Below the pieces are notes generated by a model. It saw only the letters and a list, made by a program, of their open reading frames with translations, searched no databases and had not been told where the DNA came from. A program made the translations under genes and the position numbers. Of a DNA stretch of 64,000 nucleotides, positions 11,230-24,075 are shown piece after piece. Positions within the stretch are counted from its first letter, which is position 1; each line of letters begins with the position of its first letter. The DNA is from Octopus sinensis (taxonomy: Eukaryota): assembly GCF_006345805.1 (NCBI RefSeq), contig NC_042997.1:78368001-78432000 (forward strand). The letters run 5' to 3'.

Positions 11230-12651
11230 TACCTTCCCCCCTCTCTCTCTCCCTCTCTCTCTCCACAACACAAATTAGCGACTCGGAACTGGTACGTTAT
11301 TTTGATTCTTCTTGTTTTCATCTTTCTAATTCTGTTCTTTTTTTCTTGTTTATTTTGTTACACTTTTATTTCATTTCCAACTCTTTTTCAACCCTTCTAT
11401 TATTTCTACCCCCTCTGCTAACCCCCAACAACCACCCACTACCACACGCGGCATCACCAACTGCAGACGCTGATGTGGTCACCATATACAGACTTAACAA
11501 CGCTCTTGTCTGCCTCACATATTACAACCATCTGGCACATTCTTCACATACTGATATAGTAGCACCTTTAGTTTTTCAGTGAGAGAGAATCAGTCAGTTA
11601 GAGATGAAGACAGACGAGCAGAAACCAAAGCAGGAAGTGAGGTGGTAAGGCGGAGAGGAAGATTAGATGCAAAAGAGAAAGTGGGAGAGAGAGAAATACA
11701 CCCACAAACACATACATTACCGCCCTTATACATGCGCACTCACACGCGTACTCACACGCGCAGTCACAAATAATTAAAGGAAAGAGGATGAAATACAAAT
11801 AGTACAAGCTTGCTATCAACAAATGAGCAACTTCAGTTTTGCAGCAAACTTGACTGGCAACATTCTCCGTTGTAGTTGCTTCATCAAGATCAGTGTAGGA
11901 AACTTATTACACTGACAGGATATGGTATTGTACTAAGCGTATATATTTATACACCTAATCAGTATAGCTGCCATTTAATATTTATATTCTGTAATGAACA
12001 CATGTCTCTTCAGTCAGTCTAAGAGATAGCATATCAGAATATACATACACTTCATGAACATTTTAATGACATTTCAACAGAAAAAAAATCATCGATTTTT
12101 TTTTACAAAATATACATTTATTTCTATATTTATCTACCAATTCATATATTTATACAGACAAATATTCATTTCTCGCACATTGCAATTTATTTACAGAAAA
12201 CGAAGAGGAAGATTATTCAACGGTGGAAATTAATATTTTCTGAAGTCTGAAAACTTTACACAGGACGACTATTCGTGTTACCATTCGAGATATTGGAAGT
12301 GACACTACATGAAATGAATTCTAAAGAACTATTACTAAACGAAATATGTTGAAATATTTTGAACAACTCAGACAACCTTCGATTTCTTTCCTTTTGTTAT
12401 GTTTTTGTCTTTGACTCTAAAACAGGACGGTACTTCTTTGGATTTTACCTGGAATGATTAGAAAACTCAGAGACGAGCCAAGTTCGCTGTCATCAAGCGG
12501 AGGTTTTCAGTTTAAACACTCTGTTTTGACTTGTTTTTGTTTTCATGTGCCCATGAATGTGTGAATTAATTTTTGCACTATTTTTGACTTTCCAATTCTA
12601 TTTTAAATTACATATATTTTATTTTGAGCTTTCTTACATATTTTACAAAAC

Positions 12652-14250
12652 ATGGAAAATGTTTCCAAAGATATTTTGATGGGACCATCTCCTGTCGGTG
12701 GAGATAGCGTGGAGTTTTGGAAATATCTAAAAGTATTACCAGTCATTACTCTAACTTTAATTACACTTATTGGTAACGGACTGGTCACTATAATGTTTAT
12801 TCGCTACAAACAACTTCGGAAATGTAAGAACATTTTCATTGTCAGCCTTGCATTTGCTGACTTTCTCATTGGATGTACGATGCCTGTTTACATACTTGAA
12901 GAACTAGGAGGAAGATTATGGTCAATACAAGGGCCTTTCTGCAGGGTGTTCCTCATGTTTCGATATTCATTGTTCTATATCTCTCTACTTAGTATCATGC
13001 TGATATCTGTAGATCGATGGTGGTCTATAAACCACCCATTTTCCTATCGAGTCCGTCAAAGCAGAAAACTTGCTCTCTGGTCTGTTTTGTTCAGCTGGGG
13101 ACTTAGCTTTGCTATTTATGCTCCACCAACACTTGGATGGAATGATGTCGACCATAGTAAAAACCAAGTAGTTGTCACACCAAAAACATTGTTTTCTATA
13201 TTATCATCTACCGTTGGACCAATTGCTTCTGAAACTACACCTTCACAACCTGTAATCTCCATTGATAGTACCCAAGTGACTTGCCATGCCCCATTTGAAA
13301 ATAATCTAATCTTCATTGCGTTGACTTCTATTATCTTATATTTGTTACCGTTACTAGCTTTGTGGATAATTAACGCTAGTATTTATTTTAAGATTAGTCA
13401 GCGGAAAGGAATGAAAATTCGACGATCTCTAAGCACATCGGACACTTTCTTCCTCAATTACCGAAAATCATCCTCAGAATCGGATACTATGGGGCAGCTG
13501 GAAGAGTTTCTTGACAACATGCTACCAAATATTCATCGGAAAGGAAGCAATGTTGGTGGTATGTTAATATGTGATGAAAAAAGAAACTCTTTTGTGGGTC
13601 CTTTATCAACGAGACGAAATCCACTAAGTCACTATGTATCGAATACCTCAGCATTCGCACAATATGCTCGAATCATTCAACATAAGAGACATGTTTCTTT
13701 CGATGCTACTGGAATGATGATGCCTGTTACAAAACAGAAGCGATACTCTATTATTGGGTTAACCAAGGGTGGAAGCACCAGTAGTAATAGCAGCAGCAGC
13801 AGTAGCGGTTCCTCCAGCTCCGGTAGCCGTAGTGGTTTGGCTCTGCGCCGTCAAAGTGATGATTTGGTTAAAGACATGTTCGTCAAACAGGACAAGAAAG
13901 CTGCCTGCTCGCTGGGCTTTCTTGTACTAGTTTTCACACTTTGTTGGACACCATACACCGTGTGCAGCATTTTGAGATCTGCCTACGGGAGTTGGTATAT
14001 ACCGTCTCTTGCTATGACAATAAGTTATTGGGTTCTCGCCACCAACTCTGCCATCAATCCTTTCCTTTATGGCCTCTGCAACAGTGACTTCCGTAAAGCA
14101 TTTAGGTCTTGGTGTAAAAATCGAAACTCTAAACAAAGACGCTTCGAAGAAGCTCTTCTTTATTATGGAATCCCACAAAATAATGAACCGGAAGTAATAC
14201 ATGAACAAACTTCTTCGACTCCGTCCCATGATTCCCGCAAAATTCCTTGA
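12652..14250 (+). CDS. Single-exon class A (rhodopsin-like) GPCR, aminergic-like (histamine H3/H4 or muscarinic-like), 532 aa
   Basis: Seven TMs with GN1.50, SLAFAD2.50, C3.25, DRW, W4.50, P5.50, KKAACSLG..CWTPY, YWVLATNSAINPFLY, helix 8 FRKAF, an N-terminal NVS sequon and a long Ser-rich ICL3. Confidence 0.95.
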   Translation: MENVSKDILMGPSPVGGDSVEFWKYLKVLPVITLTLITLIGNGLVTIMFIRYKQLRKCKNIFIVSLAFADFLIGCTMPVYILEELGGRLWSIQGPFCRVFLMFRYSLFYISLLSIMLISVDRWWSINHPFSYRVRQSRKLALWSVLFSWGLSFAIYAPPTLGWNDVDHSKNQVVVTPKTLFSILSSTVGPIASETTPSQPVISIDSTQVTCHAPFENNLIFIALTSIILYLLPLLALWIINASIYFKISQRKGMKIRRSLSTSDTFFLNYRKSSSESDTMGQLEEFLDNMLPNIHRKGSNVGGMLICDEKRNSFVGPLSTRRNPLSHYVSNTSAFAQYARIIQHKRHVSFDATGMMMPVTKQKRYSIIGLTKGGSTSSNSSSSSSGSSSSGSRSGLALRRQSDDLVKDMFVKQDKKAACSLGFLVLVFTLCWTPYTVCSILRSAYGSWYIPSLAMTISYWVLATNSAINPFLYGLCNSDFRKAFRSWCKNRNSKQRRFEEALLYYGIPQNNEPEVIHEQTSSTPSHDSRKIP

Positions 14251-15318
14251 GTGATTAAAAAAACGATAACAAGGAGGGAAACACATTTCTAAGCGCAAAT
14301 AATTTCTTACGGTTAGAGTTTAGGTGAGGTCATCCATCGCAGTAATATGGGACAGATCCTTTATTTAAATCGACCGAAAACCGCGAAGATATTGTTTGAA
14401 AATTCAATCTAAGAAATCAAATGAGCATTGTGACTGAAGCAAATAGAATTCCTACGTGCATTTTAAGAATTAAAATCAACGGATGTGCAAAAAGAATAAA
14501 AAGAGGTGAAGCCCAAATATCATGAAGTTTGGCATATACTTGTTAACTATATTTGGACAAATAAAACTACCAAAATGGGAACAAATCTGTTATCAACAGA
14601 TACCATGTGTTTTGGAACCATTAACCAAAAGAAATTAACTGACTCTAAAAAACAAAACTCTTTTTGTTTTGTTTTTGTTTTTGTTTATGTTTCGTATTCT
14701 TGTATTTTTCTTAACTTTTTCTTTTGTTATTGAAGAAAATCAAACTTTATATGAATGATTTTTTTCAAGTATGAATGGACAGTCCGATTTTCATCCCCAT
14801 TATCATCACTACAATTAACATTATTATATTGTTGTTGTTATATACATTTTTATACTGTCATGTTTATCATACTATCATAACTAACGTCTTCATTATCGCG
14901 GAAAAGCCGACATCATTTCCATCATTATCAATATTTATAGGCTTCTACTACTTTTGAAATCTTATTTATATTTCTAAGCATTTTACTCATATATTACCTT
15001 CACTTATGACGTCAGATGAGTTGTTGTCAATGTACTAAATATAGATTATATTCAATCTGGATGTCATTCCCGTGCGACAAAGTCAGAAACCACGCATAAA
15101 CGTGAAGTACACTTTTTTTAAAGCCTACACATAATCAATCTCATTAAGTCACGCAATGATACATTTATGCCCGCCTGACACGTGCGTAGACATATACACT
15201 ACAGCTAGAGACACCCACACACAAATGAACATCTGTGCGTGTGTGTATGTGCATGTACGAATGTATGTGTACATGTATGTGTATGCATGTGTATGTATAT
15301 ATATATATATATATATAT

Positions 15319-15362
<44 letters not shown>

Positions 15363-15519
15363 TATATATATATACACATGTATAATAACTACATAAAATA
15401 TATATGATATACATAATGTATATAATATATATATATACATAAATAGACACGCACGCATGTTGTTAATTGACTGATTGTGCTGAAAATATACAAGTACTGG
15501 TGAGGAGAAAACTGGCAGA

Positions 15520-15529
15520 CGGCTTGTTA

Positions 15530-15564
<35 letters not shown>

Positions 15565-16127
15565 TTATTATTATTATTATTATTATTATTGTATTATTAT
15601 TAACCCCCACCCCCCAAAAAAAAAATTAATTCATATGAACACTTATTAATTAAATCTACGCCATTGAGCCCATATAATTGTTACAGTGAAAATACAATGC
15701 CTTTTTTTTTCGCAATATAAAATCAATATAATATGCATGTGATTAATTTGTCACACGCAGCGTATTTCAATGAAGACGCAACATAAATATTCTTAATAGG
15801 AAGAAATGCCGTAAGTATTCTAACTCCCAATCTGATAATTATTTCTCTCTGTGAGGTATTTATTGATGCATACTGTAGATTATTACCCGGTAAATACATT
15901 ACTACACGGATCTGCAACTTAGTTTATTTGCCTGTTAAAACATATTTTAACCGAAATTGTTTAATAGATTTTTCAAAAGGCAAAACACACCTATTTCCAG
16001 TTTCTCTCCACAACAATGTCCCTATTTATAACTGAAAGAGATATCTTATTTATTTAAGTAAAATCATGGACATACTCGAGACGGTAGAGAAAGATTTTGA
16101 ATTTAGTCCAGTACCAGATCAAAAACG

Positions 16128-16186
<59 letters not shown>

Positions 16187-16218
16187 CATTAATTTTACTT
16201 AAATAAATAATAATAATA

Positions 16219-16293
<75 letters not shown>

Positions 16294-16295
16294 AC
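15520..16295. repeat. (ATT/TAA)n microsatellite blocks (~15520-15600, 16125-16295)
   Basis: Read directly from the sequence. Confidence 0.9.
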
Positions 16296-16626
16296 GCAGG
16301 CAATATTTATATCATGTATATAGTAAGGAACAAATTGAAACGAGATTTCTTATTTACATACCGTTATGCTGGTATATATGTGTGTATGTGTATGTGAGTG
16401 TGTACGAAAGGAGAAGACAAATGGTAATAAAAGAGAAAGAGAGAGAGATTAAAATTGTTGTTGGTCTTTCGTTGTATATAGTGTTGACAAATTGATTAAA
16501 ATATATACTTATAAATCCTAAGTATGTTTCTATAGTTGTAGATCCTGGTACGGGAAACAAACAGATGTATTACGAATGTATGTGCGCGTATGTATACATA
16601 CAAGAAAACACACACACACACATATT

Positions 16627-16733
<107 letters not shown>

Positions 16734-17221
16734 TATATATACATACATACATATATATATATGTATCTATGTATTTATATGCGCATGTATATATATATAT
16801 ATATACACAAGCACTCACATACTCTTTCACTTTTTCTCTCTCTCTCTCTCTCTCACACACACATACATGTATGTATATATATATATACTATAAACACTTT
16901 CTCGTACACACACATACAACACACACACACAGCTATTAATGTATTGTATACAAATGGTTGCTGTGAATTAGCAGTCTTAATAAGAAGCTATAATAATATC
17001 GACGAGTTCTTCCTGCCAGTTAACTTACTCCAATTGACCGTCCACTAACCATAGTTTTGTTTCTAGATCTACCAACATAACTAGCGCAAGCATCTCCGCT
17101 GTCACCATTACCTACAACAGCATTCATAGGTTTGGTAATACCAAACCTAAGCCATTATACCAAAGCCATTATAAAACGGCGAGTCGGCACAATCATTTGT
17201 ACGGCGAGCAAAATGCTTAAA

Positions 17222-17755
17222 TATATTTCATTATTAAAGATATTTCACATTCTGAGTTCAAATTCTGCGAGGTCGACTTTGCCTTTCATCCTTTTGGAGT
17301 CGATAAAATAAATACCAGATGAGCACTGGAGTCGATGTAAACGACTTATCCCTGCCTCAAAATTACTGGCCTTGTGCAAAAATTTGAAACCAACATGTAT
17401 TTATTATGCATGACCCAATAGAGAGACATACGAAAGATGTTCCATCCTGATTTGGAATCCTGCCGAGGTTAACTTCGTCCTTTCGCGGTCGATAAAATAA
17501 GTACCAGTCGAGTACTGGGGTCTGTGCAATCGACTAGACCTTTTTTCCAAATTTCAGTTCTTACACCAACAATTGAAAGGATGATTGTTGTTGCTCGTTT
17601 TATTGTTGTTTTGTTGCTTATGCTGTTGTTGTAATTGTTATTGTTGAGTCGTTACTGTGTTTATTGTTTTATATAGTGGATTGGCAGAATCGTTAGAGTA
17701 TCGGGCAAAATGTCTTAGGTATTTGTTCCGGTTTTTTACCTTCTGATAAGTGGTC
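17222..17755 (+). mobile_element. Cluster of decayed tRNA-derived SINE family B copies (17222-17392, 17450-17575, 17678-17755)
   Basis: ctgagttcaaatt..gaggtcgactttgcctttcatcc..gtcgataaaata..accag. Other copies at ~20080-20470, 44140-44345, 52940-53130, 56910-57130(-) and 59265-59400(-). Confidence 0.8.
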
Positions 17756-17804
17756 CTGTTGTCAAAAGATAACGTCCAGTCAGTAAATTTCTCTCTGATG
17801 TATT

Positions 17805-17990
17805 GTTGTTTAGCTCAAGGTCAATCCCGATGAAGGAAACCCATAATCAAAACCACTCAAGCTGAGACTATCCCGTCTTTTTCGTTATAAGACATAGTGA
17901 ATCTAGGTCAATATTATAACATGTGTATTTCCTAGGGATAGTTGACTTTTATTTCAAACAGATCGAGCGATCACGTTAGCTCTCTCATTG
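17805..17990 (+). mobile_element. Unclassified dispersed repeat (other copies ~36575-36785, 56310-56470, 59510-59610, 62455-62655)
   Basis: Shared ttgttgtt..ggtca..ctgat..atcaaa..attcca..gac(c)atccc..tatctagga..acatt..gagggagatttggctgctatttctagca pattern, aligned by eye. Confidence 0.6.
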
Positions 17991-20692
17991 TCTCATTAAA
18001 GTTTTGTTGTCGGTTGTTTCGTACCCCAAATTCCAAATCCCTCTCATTATTATTTAAGCCACCTTATTTGAGGCAATGAGCAACAAATAAATATATACGG
18101 TTCTTTACAAGAATTGCTCCTCAATTTTAACACTAGATCTCGGAACTAAGAAAAGAAACATTAAACTGCATCAAAGCGTTTCTATATTTATCCATTTCTG
18201 TAGATACATATGCATATTTTTGCTACTTTATATGCACACATTCACATGTGTATATGTGTAAATATATGTGCATGTATATATGTGTGTAAGTGTGTGCGTG
18301 TGTAGAGAGAGAGAGAGAGAGAGAGAGTAAGAGAGAAATAGACAGATACATACATACATACATACATACATACATACATACATACATACATACATACATA
18401 CATACATACATACAAACGTACCTCTCCTGCTCTGTTTATATTTGTCATACTTAAACTAGAATGTATTTGAAATATGTTATGAACAGACATGAGCAAGATC
18501 TGACTAATTATCAGATGTAGCATGGTGACTTAACACATTAATATGATTAAGAAAACATATAATAAGTATTTTAGCTATTTCAAAGGCAAATTTTCTTAAT
18601 TATCTTTGAAAGAAATCAAAATAGAATGCAATAGAAAGTAATCTAAGAGAGAAATCTAAAGTTCCTTATTTCACTATAAAAGTACTTTTTTCTCTCTATT
18701 TCTCATCGTCAAGCCCTCTCTCTCTTTCTCTTTTTTCTCTCTCTTTCATATTTCATTATAGCTATAGACTGATGTTGCATATTTACCGTAAATATATTTA
18801 ATGTATTTAATAATGTACAAAGTAAATTGAAACTTCGATTGGGTTTTGACCCTTACAAAATGCTATTTAACTTCAGTGTAGTCGCTAAAGCTCTTGTAAA
18901 AAATGTGAGCGCCACAATATCTTTCTCCTTCTTACAAGTCAGTCTTCTTTTTCTTCTCAAACTCCCAAGGCTATCCATACAATCAATATAATTACCAGTT
19001 GTTGCATAATGGCAGGTTCAACAGCCTCATTTATATTCCTAGTTGAAGACCATTGGCTTCATTTACATGTATCACCTGTGGGAAAGGCATATATACTTTA
19101 CAAAATCTATTTCATTCGGTGTGATTTCTGACTTTCTGTCTATCTAAGAAACAAGGGCATTTTATATAAATATTTTTCCAACACGCTTCTCCTTTTTGTT
19201 TGTTTATACTGTTTTGTATATATTCTGTCGTCTCAATTTGCTTACCGTTTATATGTATATTGGTAATTCTAGTATATGTAATTCCCCTCGAGGTGTTCTA
19301 TTTGGGAGCAAGTTTGAGCTAAGTTTACAGTTAAACGTAGTTAGTGTTAGAGTTCTATGTAAAATCAAAAACACAGGTTTGAAAATGAACAGCAACAATT
19401 CTGTTATCCTTACTTGCCCTGTATTAAAACTTGTTACGTTTTAAACGTATATATGTTTGTTTATGTGAGTGTCCACATAATTACGTACGTATAAAAGCAT
19501 GACATAAATATCCTAATGACAAAAATAAAAGCAAACAAGTGAACCACCTGAAGAAAATGTAAAAAATAAAGCAATTAACTGCAACAACAACAATAACAAC
19601 AGCAACAGCAACAAGCAATAAGAATAAGGTTTCTTTCATTGGGTACAGTTATTGTAATATAATAATAGCAACAATTATTGCACCAGCAACACAGCAGTAA
19701 CATTGTTTAGTTACGTCCATTTACGATCTGAGTTGAAAACTCGTCAACTTTGCCTTTTATTAATACTATCATCATCATCATCATCATCATCGTCGTCGTC
19801 GTCGTCGTCATCATCATCATCATCATCATCGTCATCATCGTCATCATCATCAATTTCATCGTCGTCATCAACATCATTTTTGTAACGCACGCTGTGATGT
19901 TCTATATATCCTGTGCATAAACTAAACGCAAACTATCTTGAAACTGTCCTCAGAAAAAAAGTAGATAATGCTCTTGAGAATTTAATAAGCTTCACAGCCT
20001 CCGTTACCACTCTCCCAAGAAACGTTAGGCCTTATGTCCACAACCTTTATTATATATATTTTTTATTGATAGAGAGTGCATAGATTAGCAGGATTCTCAG
20101 TGGTATGTAGCTTTGTCTCTTCATGCTCAGAAATCAAATCCCACCAATTCGACTTTACTTTTCAACCTTCCTGGATCGATAAAATATCTTCCAGTTATGC
20201 AGTAGAGGACATTAAGTCGGTGGTACTCTTCCTCCAAAGGTGTGACCTCGTGATTGCGCATATATACGAAATCATTATTATCATAGATGGTCGAATCAGT
20301 AAAACACTAGATAAAATGTCTTGCAGTATTTAATCACATCTATTTGCCCCTGGAGTTCAAATTCTATCAGTCTCATTTCAGTTCTGTAGTCGATAAAACG
20401 TACTAATCGAATACCGTGGTCGATTAAGTCAACTATCTTAATAACTCCGAGTGTGTGGTCTTCTGCTAAGGTTATACATCATTGTTATTATGAAGATCAG
20501 AATTGGCAATGTGCTTTTACAAAAACTCCTTTTGATATTAATTGCTTCCTTTCACCCTAGAGCTCAAAGCTCGGCAGCATGATAAAATAAATTTTGGCAT
20601 AGATTCATTCAGTTAGACTTTTGTCCCTATAATGTCAATAATCAAAATGATACACTGTTATTTTTTTTTCCATTTCCACATCTTCTAAAGCG

Positions 20693-20772
<80 letters not shown>

Positions 20773-23369
20773 GTTTCTTACTGCCACGGGGTCGACACAA
20801 CAAAGACAACCAGCTCCTAAAACAAAATTATTTGCTTCAAATAGTAATTGCCTTCAATGAAGTCACTAAAATTTGTATTAACTTTCTGACAGAAAAGAAG
20901 AGGTAATCATAGATAATTATTTCAATATATCGAACGTTTAGTGGGTCTTTTTATATGTTTTTTTTTCAAACAGGATACGAACGTCTAAAAAGTAAGTGGC
21001 ATTCTGTGATAAAAAAAATTTCATTATGAGACTTATGAGAATTTCAATGACTTTGCAGGATATTGCATTCGGGCTGTCGTTTAACACACAAATTTACTTA
21101 CAAAAAAAATGACAAAAATCTGGAAAAGGCAAAACGAGAGAAAATGTATACACTCACACACGCTCACACACAGACACACCCAAATATTTCCGAGATATTA
21201 ATGTTTATTTTTGTACCATGTCAAATTATTCACATTGTATACCATTAAAATATAAATCCTGAAAAAGGATATGAATTAACTGGCTTGTTAAAGTGTTGTT
21301 ACTTAATTTTTTTCTTATTTTGCTTTGTTGTTTATAATAATGCGGTGTATGTTAAGTAACCATTTCAGTAAAAGATAATGTTGTTACTAATATTGTAACT
21401 GTTGTTTCCTTATTACTAATATTATTACTACACAGTTAATTGTTTGATAGTCTTGGTTAAGCAACAGGAGAAAACTCTTCCATCTGCATTAATCTACTGC
21501 CGTCACTAATAACCATGTCTCGCATACAATAGGGGATTTGATCTAGAGTAATTAAATATTACTTTACCTTTGAATGATAGATATAAATACTTTGATTGGT
21601 TTGGAAGTGAAGTGGAGTCTATCCCGGTGGCTCCACCGCAGATCGTCTTAGATAGTCGAAGCTGATGGCAATCGATTCTTTTTTCAACTGCAGGAAAAAG
21701 TATGGAGTGGGGGATAACGTATGAAAGAATTAAAGAATAAAGGTAAGATTAAAATAATGGCATTTATTAGTGTTTCTCAACATTGAAAAGACAAACTTCA
21801 ATCGGGTAATTATCGAAGTGGTTGTTATAGTAGACAAAGCAACAAAATTAAAAGAAATGATTCGTGCTTGCTAAATGACATCAATGCAAAGTCTCAACAC
21901 AGTGATTCATATGGAAGGTACTTGAATATATTTATAGGTTGTACAGTTCAAAGATGTTATTTTCTTCAGTAGAAGTATTGAAAATGGAAAATACACATAC
22001 TTCCGATATGTTCGTTTGACCTTTCACGTCCACTTCTTATAGAAGTCATCAGCGGTGTTGGATTATCTTTCCAAATCCGGAGTCATGTATTAAACTTTAA
22101 CCTCATAAATACAATGCAAAATGTGTGCCACACTATATTTTCGCTTAAATGGTTTGTTATATTTTTCTATTTCGTAACTGGGATTAGCGAAAGTACAGCA
22201 GAATCTTAAAAAGTGACAGATATTGAAATATTCACAGAATTTTGCATTTTTCTTCGTAAATTATTTAGTACATGGACACTGGCATTTATAGGTTTATTCA
22301 CAACTAATTGCTACGACTTTATACAATTAAGGTTAGGCTAGTGAGATTCCCTGTTGTTTTCACGCATTTCGATGTATCTGAATTCATTAAATCCTGAAAC
22401 CTAACGAAACGTTCAATAGTTATATAACACCAATTGCTTAGGTTAGTAAGCTGTATTCATTTACAATTAGCGGTTGTAGACTTTTGAGAGCTAAGTGTAT
22501 ACTAAAGTATTAACGGATATATGAAATATTGCCCGTAAATCCGGTAGGTTAGCACAATATATTGTAGCATCTCTAAATATCAATCTGGAGCAAAAGAAAC
22601 ATCCTACAATACTATAGTAATAGTCTTATATACATGTTGTGGTTTGGTTGATTTACTTGAAAATGCAATATGGCATACATTTTATATAGGAATGATATCA
22701 GAAGAGAGATAAAAAAAGACGCTCGATTCCTGGTTTAAGCTGAAATTTTGTGTATCTCTTTAAATAGAGATTTAGTTTCGATCACATTTAAATATATGAA
22801 TTTGAAATATTTTGATACGTTCTAGTAGATATATCGTGTAAATAATATTGCTATGATGGTGATGGTTGTGAAAATCTATTATCCCAATTACAGATGTTAC
22901 AAACACTTCTAACCATCATAAAATTATTATTTGTGAGATATATTTCCTAAAATGTATTGGCTTACCCTAGTTGCATAGGTTTAAATGAGATCAATATTAA
23001 ATTTCTATTTAACAAGTTAGTAGAGGTGTGACAAAGAGTTACTCTCGCCCGTCCCTTCCTTTTTATTATAGCCTCTACTACCCACAGCCTATCAATAAAT
23101 GGTAGTAAGAACTTGGTTTCATTTTTATATGTCTATATGAATGGTTCTTAAATTTAGAAATATCAGCATTACACTCTCCGTCCCCCAAATATTAGTGAAT
23201 TAGTTTGCCACTCCTCTAAAGCTTGCACGTATGTAATTATTGTTTCTCCGCCATAGCGTTAGGCAAGTTTAGAACCATCTTTAATTTTGTGTTAAACATG
23301 ACAACTTGTTTGTCTCCTTTTTAATTCTTACAGCCCCACTTCTTATGAGAAACGGTGATCTACACGACT

Positions 23370-23920
23370 CTTGATGTGCTAACGGACTTGAAATATGCAG
23401 ATAGTACCAGCCTGATGTCTGACCACGTGAAATAAGCATGGGGGCTCTGAAGATTTTAGGCTAAATAACAGATGTCATCATTTATAAAATCGTCCCGGAT
23501 CATCCTTCACAAATAGCAAAGGGAAGCACTGCCTTGAAGGAAGTCAAAACCTTCAAATACCTGCAATCATCAGACAACTCGTAAGAGCAAAACATCAAAG
23601 TGAAGTGGACATGTGCATTGAAAGCTCTGACTGGCAAAACCAGTGTGTGTGGAACTCCACTTGCAACTTTAGAGACTGTTCTATTTTATGACCACGAATG
23701 CTTGACGCCAAAGCTTTTCCAGAAGACATCTCCAGGCGGGTACTCCACCAGAATGTTATGTACAGTACTTAATACCAAACAGAAAGAGCACTGTAGCAAG
23801 AAACATTAGTATAGTGGGTTACTAGGGTTAAGTGACATAATAGCAATGACAAGAATAAGATTAGTCAGTCACTGCCAGGGACACTGGGAACTTCCAGCCA
23901 GCTGGTGCTACTGGAGAAAA
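23370..23920 (+). mobile_element. Highly decayed RTE-type LINE fragment
   Basis: Frameshifted peptides LTDLKYADS, LKEVKTFKYL, VLFYDHECLT, GYSTRMLCTVLN, RIRLVSHC. Confidence 0.6.
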
Positions 23921-24075
23921 CACGTGTGTGTCAAAGTTCCATACTAACATAAATAGAAATGCTGAAAAAAAAATGTAGGAGTGAAAACCACTAGCAGGCT
24001 TGCAAGTTATATGGAGAACCGAGATGATTAGAGGAACCTCTGAAAAACTCCTCAAAGAATAAACTAGGTTTTTTA

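Noticed and set aside
11560-12651. Possible promoter, 5' UTR exons and acceptors (tttacag ~12196, aaacag ~12424) for the GPCR
   Set aside because: Plausible, but the motifs are too common to call without transcript data.
18880-19100. Possible piggyBac transposase relic on minus (IDCMDSLG..RRRKILW)
   Set aside because: The similarity is too short and frameshifted to support by eye.
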